Shown one piece after another: positions 36,518 through 50,600 of a DNA stretch of 64,000 bases. Numbering within the stretch: the first letter of the stretch is position 1; every line of letters starts with the position of its first letter. The stretch comes from Chiloscyllium plagiosum (Eukaryota), in contig NC_057720.1 in NCBI RefSeq assembly GCF_004010195.1, positions 32,060,590 to 32,124,589 of the forward strand. The letters run 5' to 3'. Position numbers and translations under genes: made by a program. A model generated the notes under the pieces. The model saw only the letters and a program-made list of their open reading frames with translations, was not told the origin of the DNA and made no database searches.

Positions 36518-39500
36518 GGGAGATCTAAGATGGCGGCGATCTAAGAAGATCACACTGCAGAGCTTTGCATCGCAGTAGGAGCAGGACAGTCCTTTAACCC
36601 GCCCAACCCAGGTCATCAGGATTTCTTGGGGCGTTGGAAAGATTGTGGAGCCCCAAGAAACATTTAAAAAATGACTTATCTGTATTTTCAGCTGCCCAGA
36701 AATGCCTAAAAAGGGAGGAGGAGCATCCAAGGCCTCGTCTGCAGCTCAGCCTGCAGCAGCCTCGGAGCCGATTACTCTCCAGGGCCTGGTGAACCAGCTC
36801 TCGAAATCTCACGAGATGCTGGGGAAACAGATTGAAGAAAAGCTGGCTCCAGTCTCTCTCATGCTGCAGAAGCATGAGCAGCAGCTGGGAGACCTGGAAA
36901 AGAGGACGGATGAGGTGGAGCACAGGGTCACAGTGGTGGAAGCCGATGCCAGTTCATTCAAGGATGAGATCCAAGCCCTGAAGACGCAGGTTCGTAATTT
37001 GCGTGACCAAGTGGATGATCTTGAAAGCAGGGGCAGGAGAAAAAATATTTAGAACATTGGTCTGCCTGAGGGTAAGGAAGGTGAGCGGCCTGCGGAATTT
37101 GTTGAAGATTGGCTTCCGAAATTCCTTGACTTGGAGGCTGGCATGAGAGGATTGAAGATAGAGAGGGCTCACCAGGTCGCAGCACGGAGGTCGAGTCTGG
37201 GTCAATGCCCTCGTTCTTTCCTGGTGCGGTTCCATCATTACCGGGATAAGGAGAGAATCATGGAGGCTTCCAGACTCCAAGGGAAGGATCCAAGGGCCTG
37301 AATTTACGAGGAGTCTAAGATCATGTTTTTCAGGACTCTTCAGTGGCGGTGATCCAGAAACGAAAATCGTATGATGGTGTCAAGAGAAGACTGAGGGAGC
37401 TTGGGATTCAGTACTCCCAGAGATATCCGGCAGTGCTTTGGATCACCTTAGATGGATCCATGCATCGCTTTGACATCAGAGAAGGCAACAGACTTTGTGG
37501 ACAAACTAACCTAATTTAAGCAATTGTAATATGTATAAATATTGTTGCTTGGGTATGCGTTTATCATTCTGTAAAAGAAATGGAGGAAATCCGGTTGGAG
37601 CTTTATTTTTCCCTTTTTTTTCCTCTATTGATTATAATTTGGTTCAAACTATTTCTGGCGGTGGTTAAGATGTATATTTTAAATTTCTAAGTTAGGACAT
37701 ACCAAAGGATGGGTGGGGTATTTATTCCCCCTTTTTTTATAAAAGAATGTTTTTTTTATTCATATTGATATTCTATGGGGTGTTTATTCTTTTTAGCTTG
37801 TGCTTGCAATGCAGCTCTAGCTGGGAGAAGTGAAGGTGGTTGAGATGGTTAGATGCCTATTTATGAGCAGTTCGGAATGGGTAATTGCCCCCTCTGGGGA
37901 GGGAGTAAGTTCCCCCACTCAGCGCTATTGGCGCTTTATATGTTGGTTTGTTTTCTTGTTTTTGTTGTTTTTTTATTTTTAATATTTTGTATGTTTGTTA
38001 AATTTACAGCAGAATGGCTTTGACCGAGTTTATTTTTCATCATTTAATACCAGAAGTAGGGAGTGGCTATATTGGAAAAATCTCTCATTTAAATTGTTGG
38101 AATGTGTTAAAGGCACATACGGGAGGTTTGTAATTCTTAAAGCCCTGATAGATGGGGAAGAATATGATGTTTTAAATGTTTATTGTCCCCCAGCTCATCC
38201 TCTTAAATTCTTGGTAGATGCTTTTTCTAAATTGATAAGTCTCAAGTCTCGGCACATCATTATAGGGGGAGATTTTAACTGCCTCATGGACCCCACAGTA
38301 GACAGGTTGCCTAAAGGTCCCTCGATACGCTCTGCACAAACTAAACAGTTACTGGGTTTGTGTGGGGAATTAGGGTTAGTGGATGCCTGGAGGTGTCTCC
38401 ACCCTACAGGTAGGGATTTTACGTTTTTCTCCAATCCGCACAGATGGCACACGAGGATTGATTTTTTTTCTGACCCCTGCGGTAACCCTGGATCTGGTGG
38501 CATCTGTATGATTGGTCATATTGCCATCTCTGATCATGGTGCAGTGTACCTCATGGTTAAGATTAAGGATGTTACAGTGGATTCAAGGTACTGGCGAATG
38601 GACCCCTTTCTTTTCATGGGCAGTAAGTTTGTGGAGTATTTCTCTAGGGAATTTTGGACATTCCTAGACATCAACATAGGCTCAGTTGATAGCTCATGTG
38701 TTCTCTGGGAAACTGCCAAAGCTTATGCTAGGGGGTTAGTTATTTCATATTTTACCAGTAGGAAGTGCAGAAGGGTGAGCAGCAATGTCTCCTTGAAGCA
38801 CGGTTGAAAGCAGCAGAGAAGGCCTATTTTGACAGACCCTTGTTGGTCAAACGACAGAGGATTATGGCACTGCGGTCTGCACTAAATTCCGTGCTCACAC
38901 AGACGGCAAAGAAGGAGCTGGCTTTTGCAAAGCAAAGGTTATACGAGCCTGGTAACAAGCCAGGCAAATACTTAGCATACCTTGCCAGAAAGAGAAGTGC
39001 CCCACAAACCATTACAGCTATTAGGGAAGGGTCTGTGAACCTAACATGTGATTCTAAAAATGTGGCGTCCCAGAGATTCTACTCTAAGTTATATCAGTCT
39101 GAGAATTGTGAGGAGGGGCAGGGCAAAATGGAATCCTTTTTTAGAGATCTGAAGCTCCTGGGTGTGACTCTCGAACAACAATCCTTTCTCAATGCCCCAT
39201 TATCAGAGCAAGAAGTGCAGGAAGCTGTGAGGCAGCTTCAGAGTGGAAAGGCGCCCAGTCCTGACGGACTTCCCAGTGAATTCACTTCCCTGTGAATATA
39301 AGGAATTTATAAGTATACTGTCAGGTCCGATGCTGAATATGTTTAATGATTCATACTATTATGATTATCTCCCACCATCCCTGAGAGAGGCCAATATTTC
39401 ACTTATCCTTAAAAAAGGGAAGGACCCAGAAGACTGTGCTTCATACAGGCCCATCTTGCTCTTAAATGTGGACTTTAAGATCTTCTCTAAGGCTCTCATG

Positions 39501-42133
39501 TTAAGGCTGGATACTGTGTTACCCTCTATTATTAAAGAGGATCAGACGGGCTTCATAAAGGGTCACAGATCCACCAATAATGTAAGGAGGCTGCTTAATG
39601 TAATTCGAGCATGTCAACAACAGTCAATACAGGGATTGGTGATTTCTTTAGATGCAGAGAAAGCATTTGACCGAGTTGAGTAGCCGTACTTCACTTCCCT
39701 GTGAATATAAGGAATTTATAAGTATACTGTCAGGTCCGATGCTGAATATGTTTAATGATTCATACTATTATGATTATCTCCCACCATCCCTGAGAGAGGC
39801 CAATATTTCACTTATCCTTAAAAAAGGGAAGGACCCAGAAGACTGTGCTTCATACAGGCCCATCTTGCTCTTAAATGTGGACTTTAAGATCTTCTCTAAG
39901 GCCCTTGCGTTAAGGCTGGAGACTGTGTTACCCTCTATTATTAAAGAGGATCAGACGGGCTTCATAAAGGGTCACAGATCCACCAATAATGTTAGGAGGC
40001 TGCTTAATGTAATTCAAGCGTGTCAACAACAGTCAATACAGGGATTGGTGATTTCTTTAGATGCAGAGAAAGCATTTGACCAAGTTGAGTAGCCGTACCT
40101 TTTCTATACTCTAGACCGGTTTGGTCTGAGCGAACTTTTCATAAGATGGGTCAAGGTTCTCCACAGTGTACCTCTCGCGGCAGTCATTACCAACGGGGTA
40201 CGATCAAGCAATTTTAATATTTCTAGGGGCAGCCGGCAGGGCTGTCCCCTTTCACCATTACTTTTTACGTTGGTGATTGAACCGTTGGCAGAGGCCATTC
40301 GTGGGGATCCCAATATATCAGCTCCAGAAGTGGGGTCAAAATTACATAAGATCTCACTGTATGCAGATGATGTTCTAATTTTCTTGACAAATCCAGCAGT
40401 GTCAGTGCCTTGCCTGATATAATGCATTCATGCGTTTGGCGCTTTTTCAGGGTATAATATTAATTTTGCTAAATCAGAGGCTATGCCTATGGGTGGTCTT
40501 AGGAAAGAGTTGGCTCTTGAGAGTGACAATAGATTCCCATTTAGGTTGTTACAGGGGGGGTTTGTGTATTTGGGCATATTCATTACTCCAGTTCTGGGTG
40601 TTCAAAGTCAATTTTACTCAATTATTTGGGAAAATTAAACAAGATCGCCAAAGATGGGAGGCACTTCCAGTCTCATGGTTGGGTCAGATAGCGCTTATTA
40701 AGATGAATATTCTCCCTCGTTTGCTATTCCCTATACAGATGCTCCCCTGATTTTCAATAAACAAACACTCAGGAGACTGAACGGTTGGTTCATCTCCTTT
40801 ATCTGGCACCGTAAACGGCCCCTCATTAAATTAGCCAAACTGCAGTTGCCTCACAGATTGGGAGGAGTAGACCTTCTGGACATTAAAAATTACAATTAAG
40901 CTCGCTCTTGATCTACGTAAGTGATTGGGTTTGTGGGGACCCTCTTTCAATATGGCTAGACATCAAAGCCTCCCAGGCAAGGTGCCCCCTTGCTGTTTTT
41001 GGACAAGGTGAGGACAGTTAGGGAATATTGGCATAACCCAATAGTCATCAATACTGTTAAAGCATGGAGGGCAATTTGGCAGAGGGAAGGTAATATTGGC
41101 AAAACATCTTTGTTTACATCTTTTGTGGGTATGCCGGGTTTTCAACCGGGAATGATAGATTCAGGATTTAAACATTGGGCAGCTAGGGATATATCTTGCA
41201 TGGGTGATTTATTTGTGGGAGATGTAATGATGCCCTTCGATCAGTCAGTACGGAAGTACGAGTTACCTAATAGAGACCTCTTTAGTTTTTTTCAAGTTAG
41301 GGATTTTATTCAAAAAAAGACNNNNNNNNNNNNNNNNNNNNNNNNNNNNNNNNNNNNNNNNNNNNNNNNNNNNNNNNNNNNNNNNNNNNNNNNNCCCAAG
41401 TGCAAGGTCTGCACGGGTACTCTTACCCATTGTCTTTGGTCTTGTGACAGGCTTCAAACATATTGGAGCGCTGTGGCGGGTGCAATGGAGAGGAGTTTGG
41501 GTGTGGGGTGGAGAAGGACCCTATTTCGCTCCTTTTGGGCCTACCCATTGTATTTCCTGCAGACTCGCATAAGGAAAAACTTTTCAATATTCTTACATTC
41601 TGTGCAAGGAAGAATATCTTGCTGGGGTGGATATCCGAAAACCCCCCAGGCCTGTTGGGTTGGCAGAAGATTGTTATGGAGCATATTCCCGTGGATTTTC
41701 TCACAAATATGGTACATCACAAAACTGAGAATTTTTACAAGGCATGGCAACCCTTTTTGAAATACCTGGACACAGATTTACCTGCCACACTAACAAGGGC
41801 GTTTATATAGCCGTAAAGATTGTGTTTCATGAGTCCAATATCCAGGGAGGAGGAACTGTGAATGTATGAGTGTTTTGTTTGGCTGGGCTGAGTTATTACT
41901 ATTTATTTGTTTGTTGTTAGGTATTTATTTATTTAGTTAAATAGCTAGTTTAGGTTTTTTTTGATTTTATATTTCTCTATATATGTTTATACATTCGTAC
42001 AGGAGGATGGGTTGGGGAATTTTTTTTATTATTTGGTTTAGTTTTGTACTATTTTTGTACTGTTTTGAATTGCATTGTTTGTATTAGTTGTAATATTTAA
42101 AAATCTATTTTTTCTTAATAAAAATATATAATA
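36518..42133 (+). mobile_element. Near full-length decayed L1-clade LINE
   Basis: ORF1 from 36702 (coiled coil, DDLESRGRRKNI, GLPE, IERAH); ORF2 APE (NVYCP, GGDFN, ISDH), RT (YRPI, SLDAEKAFD, RQGCPLSP, LYADD), CCHC knuckle near 41400; AATAAA and A-rich tail; TSD aaaaagaggaagg (36505-36517) / aaaaaggggaagg (42134-42146) at a TT/AAAA site. Confidence 0.93.
41322..41394. other. Assembly gap
   Basis: Run of n inside L1 ORF2. Confidence 1.
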
Positions 42134-43285
42134 AAAAAGGGGAAGGAATGTAGTATTTTGTGATAGGTGAGCTTTTTGTTGTAGTTTGTATCCTGCTGCC
42201 CTTTCTATTGTGGGGATGCAAATTCTGTTTGAAATATGCATGCATGCTCTGAATTTGCAAGGTGAGTTTATCTTAGAGCAATACTGACATTGACTATCAG
42301 ACAATTCACTGCCTTGCATCAGGGCTTCTGTCCCTTTAAGGCCAGAAGTCCCACCCTTGAAAACTGCTGATCTATCAGAGTGCCGGACACTGCCCACCTG
42401 GAGTGATGCCCTTTGTGAGCAATGGCCATTGCCATTGGGAATGCGTCAAACCCAATCTTCCCCATCCCTAATTAAATCGAGCGAGATGGGAAATTGATTT
42501 GCACTCCACAGCTCTACCTTGCCTCCTGATTCTCCAGCAACTTAACTCCAACCATCTTCCAATTCCACCCGCACCATCCCCTGCTGAGGGCAGAATTTTA
42601 CAGTGATGGTTGACAATTTGGACTTTTACTGTCTGACTTTCATTGAATTCAGCTCTTTGTGTGCATTACTGGCAATGAAATAATGGATATATTAAGCGGC
42701 AGACACCTCCACAATCTTGCAGGACAAGTCTAATAGCAATAGGGCAATAATGACTTTTAACAGTGTATGATAGACTGGGCTAATATTCCCAAACATTTTC
42801 ATCGTGGAATATGCACCCAGCTTCCCAGATAATTAGACAAAAAATTAGGATTAGGTTTTATTGTCACGTGTACTCGGGGATACTGGAATGCAGTTTACAA
42901 TGTTTACAAGGTACCTAAGTATAAAATCTTATGTAAAAAGTAGAAAGTAAAGAAATAAGTTAAAAGTTCAACATTACAGTTCTTATAATAAGTAGTACTG
43001 AAAGTAGTAAGTAAGAAATAAGGGTACAAGTTCTAAATTGCAGACTTTATGTCTAACGAGGAAATACATATTGTTTGATGTAGTTCAAGAAATGAATCTG
43101 GTGAATAATATCATAAGGGGTGCCAATTTTTAACTCAATGTTAACTTCTGAATTCTTATGTGCAAAGGGGATAAATAACATTTGCTTAAGATGAATAAAA
43201 TAATCCATTTATTACTTTGCAATTACTTCTCTTAAATGAATTTAATTTATTTGCAATATTCTGATTGAAAACTGTTCATTTCCAG

Positions 43286-43413
43286 GTTTAATTGATGGAC
43301 TGAACTTCTGTGCCCATCTCCAGATACTGATATTAGCAGACAATGGGATTATGGAGGTGGAAAACTTGGAGTGTTGCCCCCAACTTTGGAAAGTTGATCT
43401 CAGCAATAATAAG
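43286..43413 (+). CDS. LRR gene exon (SLIDGLNFCAHLQILILADNGIMEVENLECCPQLWKVDLSNNK)
   Basis: Acceptor ttcatttccag, donor AAG|gttaga, phase 1 to 0; two SDS22-like repeats. Confidence 0.92.
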
Positions 43414-43923
43414 GTTAGAGGCAAGACAGCATTTTACAGAACCAGTTCACAATTTGGACTTTGACAGTCTGACCTTCATTTAGAGCTCTGATGCTGCTGA
43501 CTTTAACTGTTCTTGGGACCTGGGTTCAAATCTGGCCATGTCAGATGGTGGATATGTTTCTGCACTTGCTAGTGGCCCTCCTATATCTCTGTCTCCAACA
43601 CCGTCTCCTGAGTATTTGGATTTTCAGAAGCTGGAGCAGTTTGGGAGTGATAAATGGAAGGTCAGAGGTGAACGGACAAGGTGGGGGCAGGGTGTGCCTT
43701 GAAACCTCCAGGCATTATGGGTCAGCTTTTGCTGTATGAAGTTGGCAAGCAGATAGAAACTTCAATGAGTCACATATAAAGATAGGGCCTGCTAATGCAC
43801 TAAACACTCCTTTGGAGTAATGAAGGTAAGGAAAAAGGGACTGCTCGCATATTAGAACAGTGCATTCATGGGAGTAGGTAAGATTTGCCTAATGTTGTCT
43901 GATTAAGCCATCTTGTTCCACTG

Positions 43924-44095
43924 GGAGAAAGTGAGGACTGCAGATGCTGGATATCAGAGTTGAGACTGTGTTGCTGGAAAAGCACAGCAGATCAGGTATC
44001 GAGAAAGGTGATGAAAGGCTTACGTCCAAAACATCGATTCTTCTGCTCCTCAGATGCTGTCTGACCTGCTGTGCTTTTCCAGCAACACACACTCG
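43924..44095. mobile_element. Penelope-like foldback element (family C, degenerate core)
   Basis: Inverted arms; degenerate TSD atcttgttccactg / atctagttctattg. Confidence 0.7.
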
Positions 44096-44411
44096 ATCTA
44101 GTTCTATTGCACTATCACGAGAAAAGTAGCCTAGGCTGCCTTTTACTTTTTGCAGAATGAAATGCGGGAATCCACCCGAAACATGCCATTATATTCTCCT
44201 CCCCCATATTGCATAGGTGGTATCTTTCCATCAGCAGTGCAAAATGTGACTGCCCAGTCTCACGCTTACAATCTTAAGGATGCCGTAGCCCTTCCAGCAT
44301 CAGCGTAAGTTGCACTGTCTACCTTCTTGCTTGTTCAATATTGCATCATCTAACTAACAGGGTGGGTAAATTAGCTGAGTGTAGGATTTAAATCAGGTTA
44401 GTCAGCAGAGA

Positions 44412-45265
44412 TCATAGTCATAGAATCATAAAGTCATACAGCATGGAAACAAACCCTTCGGCCAATTAGTCCACACCGACCATGTTCCCAAACTAATCCC
44501 ACCTGCCTACATTTGGTCCAATTCCCTCCCAACCTTTCCTATTCATGTACTCTTCCAAATGTCTTTTAAATGTTTAACTGTACCTGCATCCACCACTTCC
44601 TCTGGCAGTTCATTGCACATATTAACCACACTCTGTGTAAAAAGGTTGCTCCTCACGTTCTTTTTAAATCTTTTTCCTCTTATCTTAAAAATATGCCCCC
44701 TAGTTTTGAACACCCTCACCTTAGGGAAAAGACCTTTGCTATTCACCTTATCCATGCCCCTCACGATTTTATAAACTTCTATAACGTCACCCCTCAACTT
44801 CCTATGCTCAAGTTTAAAAAGTCTCAGCTTTTCCAGCCTCTTTTTTAACTTAAACCCTCATTCTCAGCAACATCCCGGTAAATCTATTCTGAACCCTCTC
44901 CAATTAAATCTCCCTCTAACAGGACAACCAGGACTTCACACAGTACTCCAGAAGAGGCTTCGCCAATGTCCTGTACAGCCTCAACATGACATCCTAACTC
45001 TTATGTCTATAAGTCTGAGCAATGAAAGCAAGCATGCTAAATACCTTCCTAACCACCCTGCTACCTGTGATGCAAATTTCAAAGAATTCTGCCCCTGAAC
45101 TCCTATGTCTCGACAACACTACCCAGAATCCTACCATTAACTGTATAAGTCCTGCCCTTGATTGTTTTACCAAAATGCAATACCTTGCTTTAACCAAATT
45201 AAACTCCATCTGCTACTCTTTAGCCCATTGACCCAATTGATCAAGATCTCCTTGTAATCCAACCC
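44412..45265 (-). mobile_element. CR1 3' fragment
   Basis: ORF 44543..44797 RGDVIEVYKIVRGMDKV. Confidence 0.85.
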
Positions 45266-45466
45266 CAGCATACTCAAAGGGCTGGTCAGGACTATTTTTA
45301 AATTTAATCAAAAACATTTGTAATTACTGACCAATGGAACAATCTATTTCAATGACACTTGAAGCATGAAGTTATTTTTTCTATTTACAGATATTCACTG
45401 ATCTGCATACATTTAGCGTTTTCTAACATAAAGCAATTTGAAATCTTTTTTTAATCATATTTTCAG

Positions 45467-45623
45467 ATTAAGGGTTTGGATGGATTGAAACGATTTATTG
45501 CACTAGGAACATTAGACCTCTCCGGGAATCTTTTAACATGGAAGGAACTTCAGAAAATTCGACACATACAAATACTGGACCTACAACTGTATGGGAACCC
45601 TGAGCTGCAAAATGATATACACT
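45467..45623 (+). CDS. LRR gene exon (IKGLDGLKRFIALGTLDLSGNLLTWKELQKIRHIQILDLQLYGNPELQNDIH)
   Basis: Acceptor attttcag, donor gtatgt, phase 0 to 1; LDLSGN and LxLxGNP. Confidence 0.92.
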
Positions 45624-47079
45624 GTATGTAGAGTATTGAATGATATCACACAGTGGCAAATGTGGGTGACACATATATATGATTGTGAAAGAAAAATATT
45701 ATAACTCAGGCGGATGAAACCTTTTGATGGTCAGTACATGAGTATGGGAATGAAATGTTACCAAGGTATAATTGTAGGAGAATCACAATTTGATGCAGGA
45801 CCCAGACCTACCAGCATTTCACCCAAACCCATATGTAGCCCAAATTCATAATTGTAATTGGGGTGGTGTAAATATAGGTAGACAAAATAAGAGTGTTCTG
45901 GCTGTGCTTCAAGCAAGTTTCGGAAATACCATGGGAATTTCAACTTTAAGTCCTTCCTGGCCAACTTAGTTGTGGTGTATATATTGGTCCCAAGAATGAA
46001 AACTATCAAACCTTAAAAATAAATCTGATTATTTACTTTCTACATTCTGATTTCATCCTTGTGATGGTGGGTATTAACTGAAGTTTTACTTGACCCCAAA
46101 TCAATAGAGAGTTGGTTGTTGGGCTAGAAGGTGTACACGTGTATTGTATAATTCTATACACATAAACATAATGGTGTACAAAGGCTGGTTCCAGTTCTAG
46201 CCTCCACCAGTTAGTTTTCTGGAATAGAACGCTATGTGGTGTGCCACATTGCTAAGTTTCTGCCATTTCTAATTTACATAAATGACTAGAAATTGACCAG
46301 AAATCAAAGCAAACTGGTATGACTTACAAATTACAAGTTACAAACCAGGAACCAAAAAAGGCAGCATCGCATTAACCAAATGCATTGGATTGAATATGTT
46401 TATGAACAGAAAAGTTAAGATTAATAGATTGATCTCAATTATTTCTGACAAAAAATGACATTTGTATTCAGCAAAAGGTATTGGAAGAGCTCGGATTGAA
46501 GTTAAATAAATGTAGAATTCATGATAGTCCTGACACTTAACACATTCAAGCAACTCAGAGCAGAAATCAGCATATTAATCTAAAAGACAAAATACTACAG
46601 ATGCTGGAAATCTGAAATATTAACAGAAAACACCAGAAATATTCAGCAGATTTAGCAATATCTGTGAAAAAAGAAACACATAAAAGTGAAGAAATGTTCC
46701 CAGTTCCATAGGAACAGATTTAAAGGCAGGAAATTCAGATGCATTAGGTAAGCAAACCAATACATTCCAAACTCAAGGCAACCTTCCCAGCAGCTGAAAG
46801 TAGTTAACAATGAATTGCTTATTTGTAGCCTTATTGAAGACATCACATGGATCTTCCCACTTGGAGATGGCACCTCTACTGAGTGCCAAGCCTGGCATGT
46901 GCTTGGAGTTGGCTTGCTCACAGCCCAGCTGAAAGGCGGGTGAGGCTTCACCCTCACCCACAGTAAAACCACAGCACGCACAAACTTTGTTGGAGTAATC
47001 ATGCTAATTGAATCCTTTAATTTCCTTGATTTCCAAAATAATATCAATCTAACTTGAATGATGATGACAGGATTCCATG

Positions 47080-47640
47080 TTTCTGCAGTTGAAAATCTCA
47101 AAGGAGAAAACAGAAAGAACTAAGATGGGTAATGAGGTGCCTCACATTTGGCTCCCCCACTGCCCCTCATGAAGAGAGGGTCCTGGTCCTAGCTGTTGAG
47201 GACCAAGACTGCTCACATGGTGATGCTGAAATGTCCATGTCCCAGAAATCAAGTTAGAGACTGCTCAGTTAATCATCCATTATCACCAATATGAATGTAC
47301 TCTTCACACACCTGAACTTCTATCCCTGTTGGCGGTCCATTCTCTCTTTTATTCCGACAAATACATGTGGCATTTATATAGTCTTGCTAGTCAAGAGGAT
47401 GGTCCCACATGACATCTCCTCCTCCTCCACCTCTGAGGAAGAAGCGACACATCCCTCAGAGGATGCATTGGCAAGTCTGCCTCCTGTAGCCTCCAACAGC
47501 TCCAATCCTGACCACCTCAGTGGGTGCATTAATGAGATTAGATTCGGAAGTACTTGTCCGGTGAGCATGTCTCTGCCACCTCTCTGCAGCTGGTCAAGGA
47601 AGGAGCACCTGGGGCCACTGCTACTTGGAGATTGCTGAAG
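47080..47640 (+). pseudogene. Possible remnant of a Harbinger Myb/SANT-like second gene
   Basis: KEKTERTKMGNEVPHI...(frameshift)HEERVLVLAVEDQDCSHGDAE, then an acidic, serine-rich stretch; resembles the post-Myb TGGG..LT..EER segment. Confidence 0.35.
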
Positions 47641-48499
47641 ACCAGGTACCTAGACAACCCCAGGAGATGTGTGAGGAACATTTTTTACACAAAGAGTGGT
47701 AAACACCTGGAACGTGCTGCTGAGGAGGTGATAGAAATAGATATGAGAACAATGTTTAAGAGGGGTTCATTCAGATGCAGTAACAGGCAGGGAAAAGAGA
47801 GATACATTCCAGGTGCAGGCAGGTGAAATTACTTTAGAATGGCATCATGGACGGCACAGACATGGTGAGTGGGATGGCCTGTTCTTGTGCTGCATTGCTC
47901 TATATTCAAACTGTCTTGGCAAAAGCATTGCATTGAAAGGTGCCAGTGTGCTCCAAAGTGCAGCTTTGAAGTGCAGAAACATCTTGAAAGTGGATTGATA
48001 TATGCTATGAGGTTGTGCTGAGACTGGCACATATCGGATTCCAAGGTCCATGAACACAGAGTATGCACAGTGTTGGTGTGCAATGTCCTAGAGAGAGGTC
48101 CAGAGGAGCAAGCTGGAGTCACTAAGTTACTACTCTGACTTTCATGTCAGGAATTGTTGCTGTTGAGTTTCTATCCAGTGGGTTGGAGAATGGGAAACTG
48201 CATAACAATGGAGTGTGATTAGGTAATGATTTGATATTAGTACATGCTAGTGACTGTAAATAGGTCTTCTGTCACTCACGTTGGAAAATCTCATCTCACC
48301 ATTCAACAATTGTTTGGAAAATGGGACTTCTTGCTCTCAACATCAAGAAGCTCATTGTTGGCTATCTCATGCGATTTTCTCAACTTTTTTGCTAATGCCC
48401 ACATCATTGCATGCTTGGGAAGTATGGTGGTACTAAGAGGTGACAACTCATTAGTGCACAAAGGAAAATAATTACAATTCTTGGAAAACAGGATATCAT

Positions 48500-48797
48500 G
48501 GGTGGCACGGTGGCACAGTAGTTAGCACTGCTGCCTCACAGCGATAGAGACCCGGGTTCAATTCCCACCTCAGGCAACTGTCTGTGTGGAGTTTGCACAT
48601 TCTCCCCGTGTCTGCGCCAGTTTTCTCCCACAGTCCAAAAATATGCAGGTTAGGTGAATTGGCCATGCTAAATTGCCTGTAGTGTTAGGTGAAGGGGTAA
48701 ATGTAAGGGAATGGGTCTGGGTGGGTTGCTCTTCGGAGGGCCAGTGTGGACTTGTTGGGCCGAAGGGCCTGTTTCCACACTGTAAGTAATCTAATCA
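48500..48797 (+). mobile_element. HE1-type V-SINE
   Basis: Same SINE structure. Confidence 0.9.
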
Positions 48798-49285
48798 CAG
48801 CCACAGGCCAATACTGTGCACCTCAGTGTTTTAGAACCAATCATCTTCAACTGATTTATCAATAACTTTCTCTCTACCATAAACTTAGAAGTGAGGATGT
48901 TCTCTCTTTGTACTCAGTTCCATTTGCAACTCTGCAAAAAATGAATCAGTCCATGCCCACATGCAGTAAGACCAGGACAACATCCAGGCTTGGGCTAAGT
49001 GGCAAATAATGTTTGACCAACACAAGTGACATGGAATAACGATCTCCACAAACAACAGCATAACCATCTAAAGCTCTCAAGATTTGCTCAAACTGTTTAA
49101 TAATTTTTGCTTGAACTGTAATTTTTGTTTGAAAATAAGGGACAGTCAATTTAAATTGTGTCTACCTACCATTTATAAGAAATCACCACTTTTGCGACAT
49201 ATAATTTGTGCAACGTTTTACAATACCAGAAATAGGAAACTAAAAATACAGAAAGTTGCCATTTTAGTCACATCTTTCTTTTTAG

Positions 49286-49410
49286 ATCGTGTCCATGTGG
49301 TAAGTTGTCTGCCCCATGCCTGGATGGTAGATGGAAATTTTGTCACTTCTAAAGAGAGGAACCTGGTGACCCAATTCTTCCTGGATTCTGCTTTATCAGG
49401 CCATCCAGTT
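49286..49410 (+). CDS. LRR gene exon with LRRcap (YRVHVVSCLPHAWMVDGNFVTSKERNLVTQFFLDSALSGHPV)
   Basis: Acceptor tctttctttttag, donor gtatgt, phase 1 to 0; YRxxVxxxLPxxxxxDG cap motif. Confidence 0.92.
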
Positions 49411-49659
49411 GTATGTATTTTGGAATGTTTCCAGCTACTCTTTGTATTTAGTTGATCCATTTAATTTAAACAAAGTTGATTTAAATGTTTTAGACACTTG
49501 CTTTACAGGATTTAGATCAAATTTAATCACAATGGGCTTCATTATCCACAAAAGTCCTGGAAATGGAAAATTGAAGGTGAGAGATTCCTTAGAAGACCCT
49601 TCGGGATCTTTTTAATTTTAAACGGTTTCCATGCAACACCAGGATCAATTCCGTGCATT

Positions 49660-50600
49660 CCATGCATGAAGAATGTGGATTGGGAGTGGCTATTTGAGGA
49701 TAAAGCCACATATGACATGTGGGAGTCTTTTAAAGACCAGTTGATTAGAGTGCAGGTTAGGCATGTTCCTGAGAAAATGAAGGACAGGAATGGCAGGATT
49801 TGGGAACCTTGGATAACAGAGGAAGTTATCAGCTTGGTCAAAAATAAAGGAAGCATACCTACGGTTACGGCAACTAAAAACAGACAAAGTCCTTGAGGAA
49901 TATCGAGAAAGTATGAAGGAGCTCGATTAGGAAGTGAGGAGGGCTAAAACAAGCTGTGAAATGTTCCTGACTCGCAGAGTTAATGAGAATTCCATTGCAT
50001 TTTATACATATACTAGGAGCAAGAGGTTAGCTAGGGAAAGAGTAGACCAACTCAAGGATAAAGGAGGGAGGTTGTGTGTGGAGCTAGAGGAAATGGGTGA
50101 GATCCTTATACACCAAAGAGAGGGACATGAGGGATGTTGAGATCAAGGAAAGGTGTGTGAATACACTCGGGCCTGTCAACATAATGAAGAAGGAGTGTTG
50201 GGTGTCTTGAAATGCATTAAGGCAGGTAAGTCCCCAGGGCCAGGATACTGTGAGAGGCAAGGGAGGAACCAGCTGAGGCCTTAACAGACATCTTTGCATC
50301 TTCTTTGGCCTCAGGCAAGGCAAATGTTGCTTCTTTGTTTAAGAAGGGAAACAGAGATAATTCAGGTATCAGTGAGCCTGCGTCAGTGGTGTGGAAACTG
50401 TTGGAAAAGATAATAAGAGACAGGATTTATTCACATTTGGAAGCAAATGAACTTTTAAGTGATAGGCAGCAATGGTTTGTGCAGGGAAGGTCATGTCTCA
50501 ACAACTTGGTTGTGTTTTTTGAGAAGGTGACAAGAATAACTGATGAGGGAAGGCAGTAGATGGTGTCTACATGGACTTCAGTAAGGTGGAGGCAGGTTCC
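49660..50600 (+). mobile_element. Decayed CR1 ORF2 middle fragment
   Basis: PWITEEV, LFKKGNRDN, QQWFVQGRSCLNNL. Confidence 0.8.

Noticed and set aside
49084..49455. 123-aa single-exon ORF
   Set aside because: Only 49286-49410 is the exon; the rest is intron read-through
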